64,000 nucleotides of DNA from Octopus sinensis. Lineage: Eukaryota. Below the pieces are notes generated by a model. The model had not been told where the DNA came from. It saw only the letters and a list, made by a program, of their open reading frames with translations, and made no database searches. Location: NCBI RefSeq assembly GCF_006345805.1, contig NC_043015.1, positions 26,164,001 through 26,228,000 of the forward strand. The letters are read 5' to 3'. How positions within the stretch are numbered: the first letter of the stretch is position 1; each line of letters begins with the position of its first letter. Shown here one piece after another: positions 24,990 through 38,232 of the stretch. Both the position numbers and the translations under genes were made by a program.

Positions 24990-27900
24990 ATGATTAAGTT
25001 AGGTTGTATAAATGTGCGTGGAATGGGATCGAAATGGAAACAGGCTTGTTTTCGGGACGACCTCATTTCACATAGAATCGATGTGGCTATTGTTACCGAG
25101 TCCAAGATGAAAGGACCCCAAGCGTTCTCACCACTTCTCAATGGTTACGAGAAATTTATTTCTCCTAGCCGGGAGGGAGGTGCAGGCGTGGCAGTTCTTT
25201 TCAGGAAGAACTTGGACTTACAGGTAAGTACTGTCTTTTTGGACCCAGAAGGTAGGCTGGTTGTCCTAGATGTGACGCACGTGAGTAAGCAGTCCTTCAG
25301 GTTTGTGGCTGTCTACGCTCCTAATGGACGTGGGCAGACCGGTTTTTTCGGGAACTGGAGCACTTTCTAGTGACGTCCAAAACGGTAGTCTTGGTAGGGG
25401 ATTTCAACACCATTTTCGATGCGCGGGTGGATGGTGTAGGCTCGAGCGATAGGAAGGGGAATCCTGGCCTCAAGGCTCTACTAGCGAGCTTTAATCTAGT
25501 AGACCGTTTTCGACTGGATGAGCCGAACGTTCCACAGTGGACGTGGAGTAATAACGACGGCTCACGCAGATCGTACATAGATAGAGTATTTGTTAAGGAA
25601 CGAGATAGGAATAGTGTTAGCTGTCCACGATTCTCTGTTGTGCCTTACACGGATCACAAACTTGTAACGTGTGAGGTACATGTAGATAAATGCCATAGAC
25701 AAGGTCCCGGGTACTGGAAGATGAACAAGTCTATTTTGACCTGTGAAGCTTTCCGTACCCGGATTAAGGAATTAGTACAGAGGGCATTATGTGGCACCAT
25801 CATTAATAATAGATGGTGGCTCGCCCTCAAAAGAGCCATCCGTGTGGAGTCCATTAGATTTAGCAAGCAGCTAAGTTTAGATAGGACTAGAATAGAGGGC
25901 GAATTAGTTAAGAACTTAGACGAGGCTATGGAATCTGGCTGTGCATCCGGAGTGTTGGCAGCGAGAGCGGTATTGTACCATCACCTCAACGCCAAGCACG
26001 AGGGGTGTAGAGTCAGAGCTAAGTTACGTGCAGGAAAACGAGAAGGTATTAACGTTGCCGGATGGGCCCGTCGTGAGGAGAGTCAGAAGGGCAAAAAGTC
26101 CTGTATTATGTCCTTAACTGACGAACAGGACCGCAAGATCTATGGACAGGAGGAGATGCAGAAGGTCCTTCACCAGCATTTCGCACGGCTGTTTGGGGAC
26201 GGTGGTCCGCTCGAGCGTGGGGAGACCTTAAAGGACTTCCTAGCTGGTGGGCCTCGGCTCTCGACAGGTGAGGCGGAGTGCTGTGAAGGATCGATCTCTC
26301 CCGCAGAGGTAAGAGGGGTTATGGCCGAGTGCGCCGGGGAAAAGTCGCCGGGATTGGATGGTCTACCCTATGAATTTTATTGTTGTATGCCGGACTTGTT
26401 CGGGGACATACTGGCAAGCGTCTATGCAAACTGGCAACAGAATGGGAGGATTCCCAGCTCTGTGAGTCGGGGAGTTGTGACGCTGGTCCAGAAAGACCCG
26501 AGCAAGTATTAGTAATTACAGGTCCATAACTCTACTTAATGTAGAGTTTAAGATTTAGGCCAAGGTGTTAGCAAAAAGGTTGACGGCTGTCGTGGAGAAA
26601 CTTGTCGGGAAGGCACAGACATGTGCAATCCCAGGCAGGTCGATCCAGGATAATCTTCACCTTCTCCGCTACACTATAGATAGGGTCGGGAAATTAGACG
26701 GCAAAGGAGGGACATTGGTCCATTTAGACCAAAGTAAAGCGTTTGATAGGGTAGACCATCGGTACTTGGCGGCGGTTCTCGAAGCGGCTGGGCTGGGCCC
26801 TGGCTTCTGCGGGTGGATCTCAGCTATGTACAGCGGCATCAAGTCCACAGTCCAGATAAACGGTTACCTAACGGAGCCGTTTTCGATCAAGCGTTCAGTT
26901 CGTCATGGGTGCCCCTTGTCCCCGCTCCTGTATGTTTTGGCTCTTGAGCCATTGCTGCGGAAGCTGGAGAAGTTGGGAGGCAACCCTAATGAAATCGGAT
27001 GCGGTAAGTCTGTTTCTGCCTATGTGGATGACGTCACCTTCATCGTGTCCAACGGAACACAGCTACCTCGGGTAGTAGGTGCTCTCCATAGATACGAAGC
27101 GGTGGCAGGGGCAAAAGTTAACAGAGACAAGTCCATCGGTTTGCGCCTCGGCACCTGGAGGAACAAGCCGATACCGCCCAGTGTTGTTGGACACTGGACG
27201 GATGGTCCTGTTAAATTGCTCGGAGTCTGGTTTGGTCCAGACTCCCAGACGGAGAAGAATTGGAGCGAGGTAACGAGCAAGGTGGATGCCATAGTACGGA
27301 AGTGGTCCGGAAGGCATCTTTCCTTGAAAGGGAGGGCGGAGGTGGCACAGATGTTTATAGCCTCTGTCGTCACCTACCGCCTGACCGTCGTGCCTTGCCC
27401 CGATTCGTGGTTAAACAAGTTGGAACGACTCATTTTCCGCTTTTTGTGGAAAGGAGGAAAGCCACTTCTGAGACGCTCCGTGTGTTGCCAGGAACCGCTA
27501 AAGGGTGGACTGGGGATGCCTTGGCTAATGATGCGCAAGCATGCGTTGAGGCTGAGACACCTCTGGTGTTACCTGGAGGATGATAAGGTGTGGAGTTCGC
27601 TGGCTGAGGAATTCTTCCCGCGACTGGCCTCTATGGAGGGATTTACACCCGGTCTCATTAAAGGACGTAAACTGACTTCATGGCAGAAGGAGTGCCGACA
27701 GGCACTCTGGCTGATCCACAAGATGGGTAAGGCCGGCAGCGGGAATACCACCTCGGTGTTCTATAAAGGGTTGGTAGAGTGAAAAAATGACGACGTCCTA
27801 GGAAGGGCTCTGGCGTTCGATGAGGATCAACTCTCCAACCTGTTTAAGAAGACTTTCAGGTCAGGGTATTTGGATAATTACCAAAAATCCCTGACCTGGC

Positions 27901-28370
27901 AGTGCTATAGGAATGCATTACCTGTGCGCGAGAAGTTATTCAGGCACGGAATGTCAGTGCCACCGACGTGTCCAAGATGTGGGTTGGACGATGAAACCGT
28001 TCAACACGCTTTTGTACAATGTCGGGAGCTGTCAGGCTTGATAAGTTACGTTGAACACGTGTTGTCGCATCTGGGACGAGTACAGCTGTCGGCTGGATCT
28101 ATGATTAAGATGATACCGCCAACTGGACTCTCAAAGGAAGGTAAGGCTTGTTTTTACTGTACGGTGGCAGTATTGAAAGAGCGTGTATGGAGAACTAGAG
28201 TGGAAGGTCTAGTGAAAGGGTCCTTTATCTCTGGCCCCGGTTTGTTAAAATACTTCGGATATCATCTGAAGAGCAAGATGGGGTTGGAGAAGAGGAGCCT
28301 GCCACAGCAAGAGTAAATGGAACGTTGGAAGGATGTGATGAGAAAGGTGGGTGAGAGTAACCCAGCTTAA
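24990..28370 (+). pseudogene. Tx1 ORF2: APE endonuclease, reverse transcriptase and C-terminal zinc finger; disrupted
   Basis: CINVRG, VYAP, GDFN, SYIDR, TDHK, GPGYWKMN, KSPGLDG, LDQSKAFDRV, RHGCPLSP, YVDD, CPRC..ETVQHAFVQC. Frameshift near 25370; stops at ~26510, 27780 and 28314. Confidence 0.95.
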
Positions 28371-30242
28371 TCATCGAGGAAAGGAAAAATCAGCTGCTGG
28401 GATTTATAGGCTGCCGGGTTCAAAATTGAAACTGGTACCTCCCATTACCTTTCACTGTACATAACTGTTTAAAATAAAGAATTAATATTAAAAAAATAAA
28501 AGAAAAGAAAAGAAAACATACGCACTAAAAGTTCTCGTGATAAAGGCAAAAGTAAGCCAAGGTTTCGTTTCAAGGCAAAGTAAGCCAAGTTTTCGTTCAA
28601 GTTACATAAAATTTTCTTTTCACTTCCTGTCTACTAGATTGACTCAAAATGCATTGGTCAGTCTGTGAGTGTATTAGAAGGACGTTTCTGAAGCTGCCAA
28701 AGGCTATGGGAATAAATCTGTAACCACACGGTTCCAATGCGAAAATTTTCTACAGATTCAATGCAAAAATGCATAATATTTACTCCAGTATGTTTTGAAC
28801 ACAGAACGTGAAACCCTAGAATAAACACCACCAGGCATTTTCCGATGCTTTAATGACCTGAAAGTAATTCGAAGAAAAACTCTGACAATACACAGAAAAA
28901 ATTCATAAAATATTTGCGTCTATTATTGTTCATGTTTTTGTATTTCTTCAAAGGATTCAATACTAAAACGTGTACAAAATAACAATTCAAAAACACTAAC
29001 TCGATTATTTCTGCTAAAAAGAGATATAACATGTTAGAAATCGCTCATGTTTTATGCATGTATATAAAATATAGGTTATTAAATAATATTAAGTGTTTCA
29101 ATACTTGGCTTTTCACATTAGAAAACTGAAAATGTCCATAGATATTATGGGAGTCATTTTCTCTCTTATTAAGCAGATAGCAACAGGTTTGTGACTATAT
29201 ACAAACATATGCAAATTATACTATCGGAACTGAGAATAGTAACGTTTACGAATGCAGATATGTACATACATACATACATACATACATACATACATACATA
29301 CATACATACATACATACATACATACAAGTTCATTCCATCCCACATCCAAGGATATCTTTACGCAGTTCTGTTCAGGAAAAAGAAAAACTCTACAAATACC
29401 TACTGCACAAAAGAGGGAAGGTCAACAGTTCACATTAAATGTAGGCTGAGCAAAGATAGATTGAAAATGCTAGCCACATCACCTCCAACTGTGAAAGAAT
29501 GTCTTCTCTTTATTAACTCCTCGTGAGACATGCTGAAACAATGAGATGCACAAGCAGAGAGGTAACCACAGCGATGACACTCTGCACACAGCCTCATGAA
29601 GTTCACAAGTAGTTCTCACTGCCACGAAGCTGTGTGCTGCCATCTCTTGGCTCGATACAGAACTAGTCCGGGAACTTTATGATACTCTCTTGTACAATCA
29701 AGTAGAGGGGAATACTTTGAGACTGGTGAGCCAAATACATCCTAGTGGAACGTAAAACTAAAAACTCCCACCAAAATTAAACAAAATCGGTCTAATAGTG
29801 TTGTTTGGGATGAAACATTAAAATCGTGCTCTGACATAAAAATCAGCTGCCAACAATGATGTCAGTGTGGTAAGAAAAATGCAAGAGAAGGAGGATGTCT
29901 AAAAAAACTATTGATTAGAAGTTTGCAGATCCAGCATCCAAGACACCTGTTAGAACTACATGTTATATACCAACCCGCAAGGACCAAAGCATAGATTTAT
30001 GGAGAAAGGATATCGGCCCTTAATTCATAACATATAAATGGCCGCCTACACAAGCAATAACAATTACCTTTTCTTTACAATCTTGCCGCTGGGAAGGCGG
30101 CCGGTTGAAAATAAACTAGAATTTAAAATCGTGAACATGCATAAATACATACATACATACATACATACACACACACGCACACACGTATGCACAAATACAC
30201 ACGCAGACACCACACACACATATATATGTATATATACATGAC

Positions 30243-30369
30243 CGGACTCTTTCAGTGACAGGGCTTTGGTCGACCTGATGTTATCGTAGCCCAGAGTGAC
30301 ACGCTATGAGACCGAACCCGGAAAAATGTGGTTGTGAGGCAAACTTCTCCCCACACAACCGCGTCTGCG
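30243..30369 (-). mobile_element. SINE head fragment (53293/56146 family)
   Basis: Minus strand cgcagacgcggttgtgtggggagaagtttgcctcacaaccacatttttccgggttcggtctc. Confidence 0.6.
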
Positions 30370-30564
30370 ATTATACATAACGAATCTGCGTGTGTGTGTG
30401 TGTGTGTGAGTATGCATACTTTATATACCTCTACGAATGTGTGCACATGTACATATGTATGTATGTATGTATGTATATGTTTTGATGATTCTTCAAAATG
30501 TTTGATTCTACTAAACTCGTTTAATTACTTACAAGAGGGATTCGATCACATGAGAGTATATAGA

Positions 30565-30750
30565 TTTCAAATTTTGGCACAAGGCCAGAAATTTCGTGGG
30601 TGAGGGTAAATCGATTACATCAACCCCTGTGACCAACTGGTGCTCATTTCATCGATCCAGAAAAGATGAAAGGTAAAGTTTACCTCTACTGAATTTGAAC
30701 TGAGAGCCTAAAGACTGACGAACGTCGGTTAAGCATGTTGCCGCCTCACA
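30565..30750 (-). mobile_element. SINE, second tRNA-derived family (as 39427)
   Basis: tttcaaattttggcacaaggcc...gattacatcaacccc...gatgaaaggtaaagtt...gaatttgaactgag is the reverse complement of the 39427-39630 pattern. Confidence 0.65.
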
Positions 30751-30991
30751 TAAAGGAATATATTGAGAACAAATTCGGAACTAGCTGGAATGCATGGGAT
30801 TATATCTGCTGTTGGCTACCTTTCAGTAAGGTATTTGATTTTGGTTCTCTTTACGTAGATTTAAGAAGGAAAAAAAGCACTGTAAATAAAAGAAAGGAAG
30901 AAGACAGGTGAGAGAAGTAAATGCAAATTAATTGAAATATATGGTATCGGAAAAGGCGGGATAGACATGTAAGGATTGTTAAAGACAATAA

Positions 30992-32168
30992 CACTGTGCA
31001 ACAAATTTCAGGTTAGAAAAATTTACCAGTTAAGTAAGACTTGTTTCTGGGTCAAACGATTGTCCTGATTCTGATTCTAACCTTTATTTCTCCAGATTAG
31101 GCACAGTTTCCTGTACCATGAACTGCGTAGCAGAACAGCTTTGATGTTGTTCTTGGATGCATCTATGAAAAGTCGCCAGTTGATTTTATTATATGGTATT
31201 TCCAGTTGCTCAACAAGTTCAGTGATGTCATTACAAAAGCATAAGTCATCCTTCATGGCGAATAATGCAAACAGATCCTCTTTTCTCTTTCTGTACAGTG
31301 TTATCTTCACTCCTTTCTCAAGAAGATTACGTTCTTGAAACCTTGATGCCAGAAACTCACTTTTCTCTTTGGTTAAATAAAGATCCCTGCACAAGTCATT
31401 TAGAGCCTCTTGAGAAAATGGTATTGGTTTATTCTCGCTTTCTGGATCATTGGGCTCCACACATTCACCACTGGAATGTTCATCAGCACTACTGGAACTT
31501 TGTATTTCTTGATCTGGAGATTTGGGCACAGGTAAATTTTCTCAGTGCTCTACAGGGCGCATTGCTGATTGCAAATTTGGGTAAAAAATATGTTTCTTTT
31601 TCTTTGCTGTAGTACAGCCTGTAAAATCATGGTGACAGAAATAGCAATCATTAGAGTAATCTTTCTGCTGACACCAAATCATTGGCACACCAAACATCAT
31701 GTGAACATTTTTTCCTGTATACCAGGCACACATGTAAGGTAACACACATGAGGAGCCCATGACTTATCCTGGTCTCCTAAATAACGATTGCAATTCGCCT
31801 TGTATATCTTCTTGATATGGCGTGTTTCTTTAGCAAAAGTCAATTCCCTACAGATATAAGAGAATCTGTTTGGATCATTTTTGCACTGTTTTGCACTCAT
31901 TGTTGAAAACGAATAAGATTTGAAAGATAAAAAATAACATTAAACACAAGCTTTGAATCATATTGTAGGTGTTACTAAGATTGGTCTCTAGCCCTGGGTT
32001 GAAACCCATTTTACAATGCGGTATAATGACAAAAAGAGTATATAGTGACAATTCTGTAGAAACCATGCCTAATTCAACACAAAGAAGGCCATAAATGGAT
32101 TTCCCACGTCATTTTGCATATAAAAATGGCCATAGATCTCTTGTACTTATTTTTAGTGTTGCACGGTG
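30992..32168 (-). mobile_element. CMC/Chapaev3 DNA transposon, internally deleted, with intact ends
   Basis: TIRs CACTGTGCAACA (30992) and TGTTGCACGGTG (ends 32168); 3-bp TSD TAA on both sides (30989-30991, 32169-32171); N-terminal half of the transposase inside. Confidence 0.85.
31130..31900 (-). pseudogene. Chapaev3 transposase N-terminal half (frameshifted, C-terminus deleted)
   Basis: CKNDPNRFSYIC, LGDQDKSWAPHVCYLTC, PMIW..NDCYFC, YPNLQSAMRPVEH, FSQEALNDLCRDL, WRLFIDASKNNIKAVLL over three frames. Confidence 0.85.
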
Positions 32169-32508
32169 TAATTAAGGCAGAAAAAGTAGAATAGTTCATA
32201 TATTTATTAAGAAAAAACATTAATGATGGTCGATGATAGTTTACACGGTTAAAGTGTATAAAGTACAAAAGTGTGATAATCAGGACATGACGTAGGAAAA
32301 GTGCGAACATATCAGGAGTAGAATTAGGTCTAAACCTAAATCATTAATATATGGAGTGAAGTATAAAGAGATTCCCCAGAGATAACACATTTCTTACAAG
32401 AGTGCGTTTTATATTTATAACATAAAGTAAATGGAGAATGCATAACACTATCCGCAAATATGTTCATCGGAAATAGACCTGCATTGTACCGAAAAATAAA
32501 GGAAACGC

Positions 32509-32555
<47 letters not shown>

Positions 32556-35290
32556 ACATGCGTATGTACCTATGCGTGTACATACATATGATCACATACA
32601 ATCGCATACACAGACACAGATATATGTTTACTTATGTTTGTGTAGAGGGGAAAATAAATCGATAAAAATTCTAAAAAAAACGAAATATAGAGTGAAAATC
32701 AGTTAAAGGTGAATTGAGAAGTTAGATAATAAAAATAATAATGATAAAATCTGAGCCAGGTAATCGTAATAATGATCAGCTATTGAAAAGAAAATTTAGA
32801 GTAACGTCTTTCCCATAGAAATAGTGTAATAAATCTAAAAATTGCTACTCTAGATGAATTAATAAACTGGAAAACTGGAAGGAATTTTTTTTTTAAATGA
32901 AATAATCTCAAGCATTAAAATAGAGGCAATAATATTGTAGTGGTTTCCGAAATCTAATAAAACTAAAAAGGCGAAGAAATCTGGCTAAGGAAGAGTTTAT
33001 CGATAAGAATATCTATGGAACTATTTTCAAATAAAACTTATTTGTTTGACTGTAAACATAGATAAGTAAGTTAGTATATAAGGAGAATTGTAGTGAAAGA
33101 GAAGGTGAGGTAGAGAAGTATATTGAAGCTGAGAAAAGGGGTGAGAGAGTGAGAGAGCGAAAGAGAAGAAGATATATGTAAGGGGGAAATGGAAATGAAA
33201 CGATGTTTTGCTGTAACTAGGTGAAAGTGGAATCAATTGAATTTGAATAAATCGCAACAATGACCTTTTTTAGCAGAAACTAGAGTACCTGGAAAGGAGT
33301 GACCTGCCATCTTGTGATAGCCTCCAATCACACCTTACGGTCATATTGGTATCATGTCATCACATACACATTTTAAGCATACAAAATGGTTTACAGAGAT
33401 GCTTCTATATTGCAACATCTTCAAATTTAGACGTCAGTTATAAAAAATATTCAGCTTGTCCTTTGAATGTTGTAGCAAAGTATGAACGCTTTTGGGATGG
33501 GGCATCAAATAGTGGATCTTTTCTAGTGTGTGTTGTTTACATTGCATATGGAGAGGGCATTTACTGCAAAGAGCTACTTGGAATCTGTTGAGAATTGTTA
33601 GCTGGAATATGTTACATCTAACCTCTTTATCACAAGAATAACGGTTCATATAACAGCACATCAACTCAAAAGGAGTATTTAAGTGTGGTATTTGAACATG
33701 AGTGTCGGCTTTAACTGAATATATTCCTGTGTTGGATAGAGAATGAAAGTGCAAGCAAAGGAAATGGTGATGTGAAGACCGTTTCAATACAGAATTAGGC
33801 AAGGATTGGCATTGTTTCTGTGCATTTTACAAAGTAGGAAATTGATGCATCTAAATCATTAATTTGTAGTTATTGACGTAATTAAACGATGAAGCAACAA
33901 ACATCTTGAAACTTGTTTCAAGCCAAGATTTTGCACGCTTCAAAATTACAATACTGAAAATCACAGATATTAGCGTGATGACATCATATTTCCTCTATGT
34001 GCTCAATATATTTGATGGAGAAAAGGGTTTCATCTGCAGAAACCTGTGCATTTAGTTGATCTACTATTCTAAAACCCAGAGTAAATACAAGGTTGTGTAA
34101 TAGACCAATATGCTTAATTTATAGGCAACAAACCGAAACGACGATCATGCCCAGTTCCAGCTATCCAACAAAATACGTCATTATGATAGCAATTTGAGAG
34201 AATGCAAACTTGTTAATTGTTCTATAATTACTGGTAATTTCCAATAAGCTCCAAAATTAGTTCCACCGTCCTTTGCTTTCGAGTCAGTTGACACTTTTAG
34301 CCTTGAATCACTAAAGCTAATTCCAGACATCACTCTAAGCCTCTGTTTAATGCGCAACTTGTGTTTATTGTACAGATGTTAATCTATAAAGAAAGCTGCG
34401 CATTTACTAGTATTACCTAAATAAAATCGATGATTCATTACGAACAGCAGCATGTTTCGTGCCACTGATATAATCAAACTAGCCCTACATTCTGTGATCG
34501 GGTTTTACGTATATGATATGTTAATCGAGATGTGTGCAAAATTGTGGTTAAAACATGTTTGTAACCATAATTATGAATGTAATGAAGAAATGTTTAAAAT
34601 TTGCGTAATCAGAAATACAAATAACTAAGAATTGATTCCCTAAGAAAAATTTCTAAAATCTATCGAAGGTTACTTTATTTTATTAGTATGATGTCAAAAA
34701 CACAAGGATAAAACAGAATAACATAAAATAATCACCAAAGTGAATGTGCAACTAGAAAAATAGTATCGCAATAACAGTGTGAGGATTTGAATAAAAGTAA
34801 TTTAACGTTTAACTAAAGAGATAAACCAATTTATATAGGAAGTGTGGAAGACGTTCTAGATCATAAAAATACGGAAAATATTAGGAGGGATCAAATGCGT
34901 AGGTCAGGGACATTGTGCTGAAAAATGAAAGGACAAACAAGAACAGGAAACAAGGTCGAGCTTAGGGTAAATGTAAACAGACAGACAGATAGATATATAG
35001 ATATACATGTATACATACACATTTGTATATATTTATATACATATATGTATAAATACATACTCACTCGTATTATCCTCTTAATTCACCATTCCTCTTTGAA
35101 TAATACTTTTCTTTATATCTTATTTTCAATATCTGGAATTTCTTACGATTATCTGCAACAATATTTCATCACAAAATCTTTCACTAACCAACATCAGAAT
35201 TTAGCGTTACTTTATTCTCCATTTCTAACTTAATGCTTCGGTTTTTCACATAAGTATCTTTATCGATTTTTTCAGATCGACACATTTTTA

Positions 35291-35377
<87 letters not shown>

Positions 35378-35547
35378 CTCTATCTGTTTGTCTGTTTTCT
35401 CTATCTCTATATCTCTCCTTGTCTCTCCCTCAACGTATATGTGTGTGTGGTTATTAAGAGCAAGGGATAGATAGATTGATGCACAGACAGACAGATAAAT
35501 AGATAGATAGAGAGAGAGAGACAGACAGACAGATAGATAGACAGACG

Positions 35548-35579
<32 letters not shown>

Positions 35580-35580
35580 T

Positions 35581-35662
<82 letters not shown>

Positions 35663-36789
35663 GTTGATATTTATTTTCCGTTTCATCTAATCCTTTTAGT
35701 TTTAAACACTATGGAAATATATTTCAATGTATATATTCGTTCTTAGTATCATACACCCTTTCTTTATTCAATCATAGAAATACCTATTGTAAACATCGTA
35801 CACGTAAATACGTTTTATTACTTCTATAAAAATCTCTCCAAACTTTAATTTGTTTTAAATTTCCATTTCGATACACGAAATTCCAGTAGTTTACTTTTTA
35901 CCTTCAGACATAGTTCTCAACAGACGTCTTCCCATTTCTTTCGGTACCTTTCAAGCTTTCCTATTGTTTTACGCATTTGAATTGTGAAAAACGAAGTCCG
36001 ACATTCTTCAACGTTTTGTTACTACCTAAAACCCTTTGTTCTCTCTACCCTTTCGATTCCCTAGTTCTACATATTTATCTAATTTTCCCTCTTTCTATCT
36101 TTCTATCTTTCTTCTTAAACTTATTGCAAATATCCTTTCTCTCCTGCTTCACCACCTTATAAACATGTATTTCAATTATTTCTACAATACTTAAAGTATA
36201 ATAATTACACAATACATAATGCACAGAAATAGCACTAACACCAGACTCTACCCTATGTATTTTTATAGCTCCTTAACTATCCACAATATATTTGCATTCT
36301 CAACCTAGTCACTTATTCGTTTGATGTGTCCACTTGGACAAAACAGACTGGAGTTTATCAGCAATCAGTAACATTTGTAATTACCTACTCTGGACAACTT
36401 GGATATTTTAGTTCCCTTTTTCATAATGGTAACGTCTTACAACAGTTACAAATTGAGGCGCTGAGCCTCTTACCAACCAAATCTCACAACATTTCAGCAA
36501 ATATATTCAATCGTTCTTTAAACTTGAGACGCAAATCCTCTTACCAAAATCACCAAGTTCAAATCGAGGCACTAAGACATCTTACTCTGCCTCCCCGACT
36601 AAGTCTCCTGCCGCCTGCAGGCAAGCCTGCAGTCGCAACTCGAAGCCCCCATAAGAAATAATTGTATTAATCCGTGGTAAAGGAGTCCATCACACTTTCA
36701 GTGCAGGACGGGACGGACTTTCAGTGCAAGACAGGACATACTCTTCCCGACCTTCCAAATTCCTCACAAAGTTCTCTACAGTCCCTCCC

Positions 36790-37900
36790 TTAAGAAAGAA
36801 GAAAGAAGATAAATTCCTCATTTATTCTACTGGGAGGGTCCACAGTTTCCTCCGTCTGTGGCACAATTCCCACCGACGAGGTTTCAGGACATACCGGTAG
36901 TGTACTTCTAACCACCGGCACTGTCCCATTCTTTTCTTCTTTTTCTTGTCTTTGATACGGGAGGGTGTAGTTCCTCCGCTTTAAGCGGAGGATCATCCCT
37001 AGCCTCCCGCAGCTTTGGGATCCATACTCTGGTCCTGGGGACATTTCTTTATAATGTAGCCTGGTTCTAGGCACAGGTAACACTTAGGGAGGGGCGTCCC
37101 TCAAGTATCTCTGGGTACCTGCAACCGGCCATTTTCAAAAAATCTGGAAAGATCAGATTCTTGGCTGATTGGGTCCACAGAGTCAAAACAGCTTTTGACC
37201 CAACCCAATCAGCCGCCGGCAAAATTTTAATATTGAGCGGTTTGGATCCGCTGCCACCTAGACCCCGGCGGATAGTGTCTTCTATCCATTCGGGTTCTAT
37301 CCCGGGTGGCAACCCGCACATCCAAGGTCTTGTCAACTTCTTCCCACAATACGTGGGAAGAAACAAAATTTCTTTGCCCTCTTCGCAAATTTGTGCGCCT
37401 TCTCAGGGGTGTCAAATAGCAATAAGACCGTTTCATACTTGATCCCCACTGGAGATGAATTTTATAGTTGGCAAATACGCTGCCATATCTTTTTAAAGAG
37501 GGCGATGGTGTCGAGCGACTTTGAGTAAGTCTTTAACACCACTGTCCTCTCTTCAAAGTATTTTCATCCACTGTTTGGGTGGGACAATCTCCCACTTCAA
37601 CGCAGTGTTGTTCATCTTCTTTTCCATGTTTTTTTTGGGGAAAAGTTCACAGAAAAACAAAAGTTGAAAGAGTTAAAAAAAAATGCAGGAAGGAAGGAAG
37701 AAAGAAACAGTTCAAAAACACAGCAATCTATTGTTCTGGCTGTTCTGGTACTCCTAGCTATCTCGGTAATCCACTTGGTAATCCAGGGCACAAAACAGTC
37801 ACACAACAATTTCACCAAATATTGGGTAAAAAATAAGCACAATGTTCACAATTATAGGAAGAGGGACTTCCTATAACACACTTCTCACCGCTAAGTGAGA
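36790..37900 (-). pseudogene. Solo ORF1 relic of a second Tx1-like family
   Basis: FLPTYCGKKLTRPWMCGLPPGIEPEWI...LEGRP parallels LLPLYLGCRTAKVSLEDIPTGYDVMWA...VEGRR of the 23683 ORF. After a frameshift near 37088 it reads KCYLCLEPGYIIKKCP (degenerate CCHC knuckle). Confidence 0.65.
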
Positions 37901-38168
37901 CTTCTAAACACAAATACAGGCAGACAGCCTGCCCGGAACTCAGTGGAGATTTCTTGTTCGACAAAATAAATAAACACGAGCAAAAAGCCCCCACTGCATC
38001 CCCCCAAAACAAATGTCCTACCTTGCAGTTGTGCTTCACTTGTTCAATAATTGACGATGTTTGTGAACGATGCCGTGACTCCTAGCAGTGCAAAAGGAAA
38101 CGCTGACCAACGCATGCGCGGGGAAGGGAGCTTCTTACCATACAGCCACGCCAGTGCCTATATATATA

Positions 38169-38232
<64 letters not shown>

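Larger units (their letters stand above)
23300..28516 (+). mobile_element. Near full-length Tx1-clade (L1 group) non-LTR retrotransposon; 5' boundary approximate
   Basis: T-rich 5' UTR, ORF1 with zinc knuckle, APE-RT ORF2, short 3' UTR and A-rich tail aaaaaataaaagaaaagaaaagaaaa (~28490-28516). Confidence 0.9.

Noticed and set aside
33346-33830. Possible exon or hAT relic (WDGASNSG)
   Set aside because: Single weak motif, stops in all frames, no supportable splice structure or further transposase motifs.
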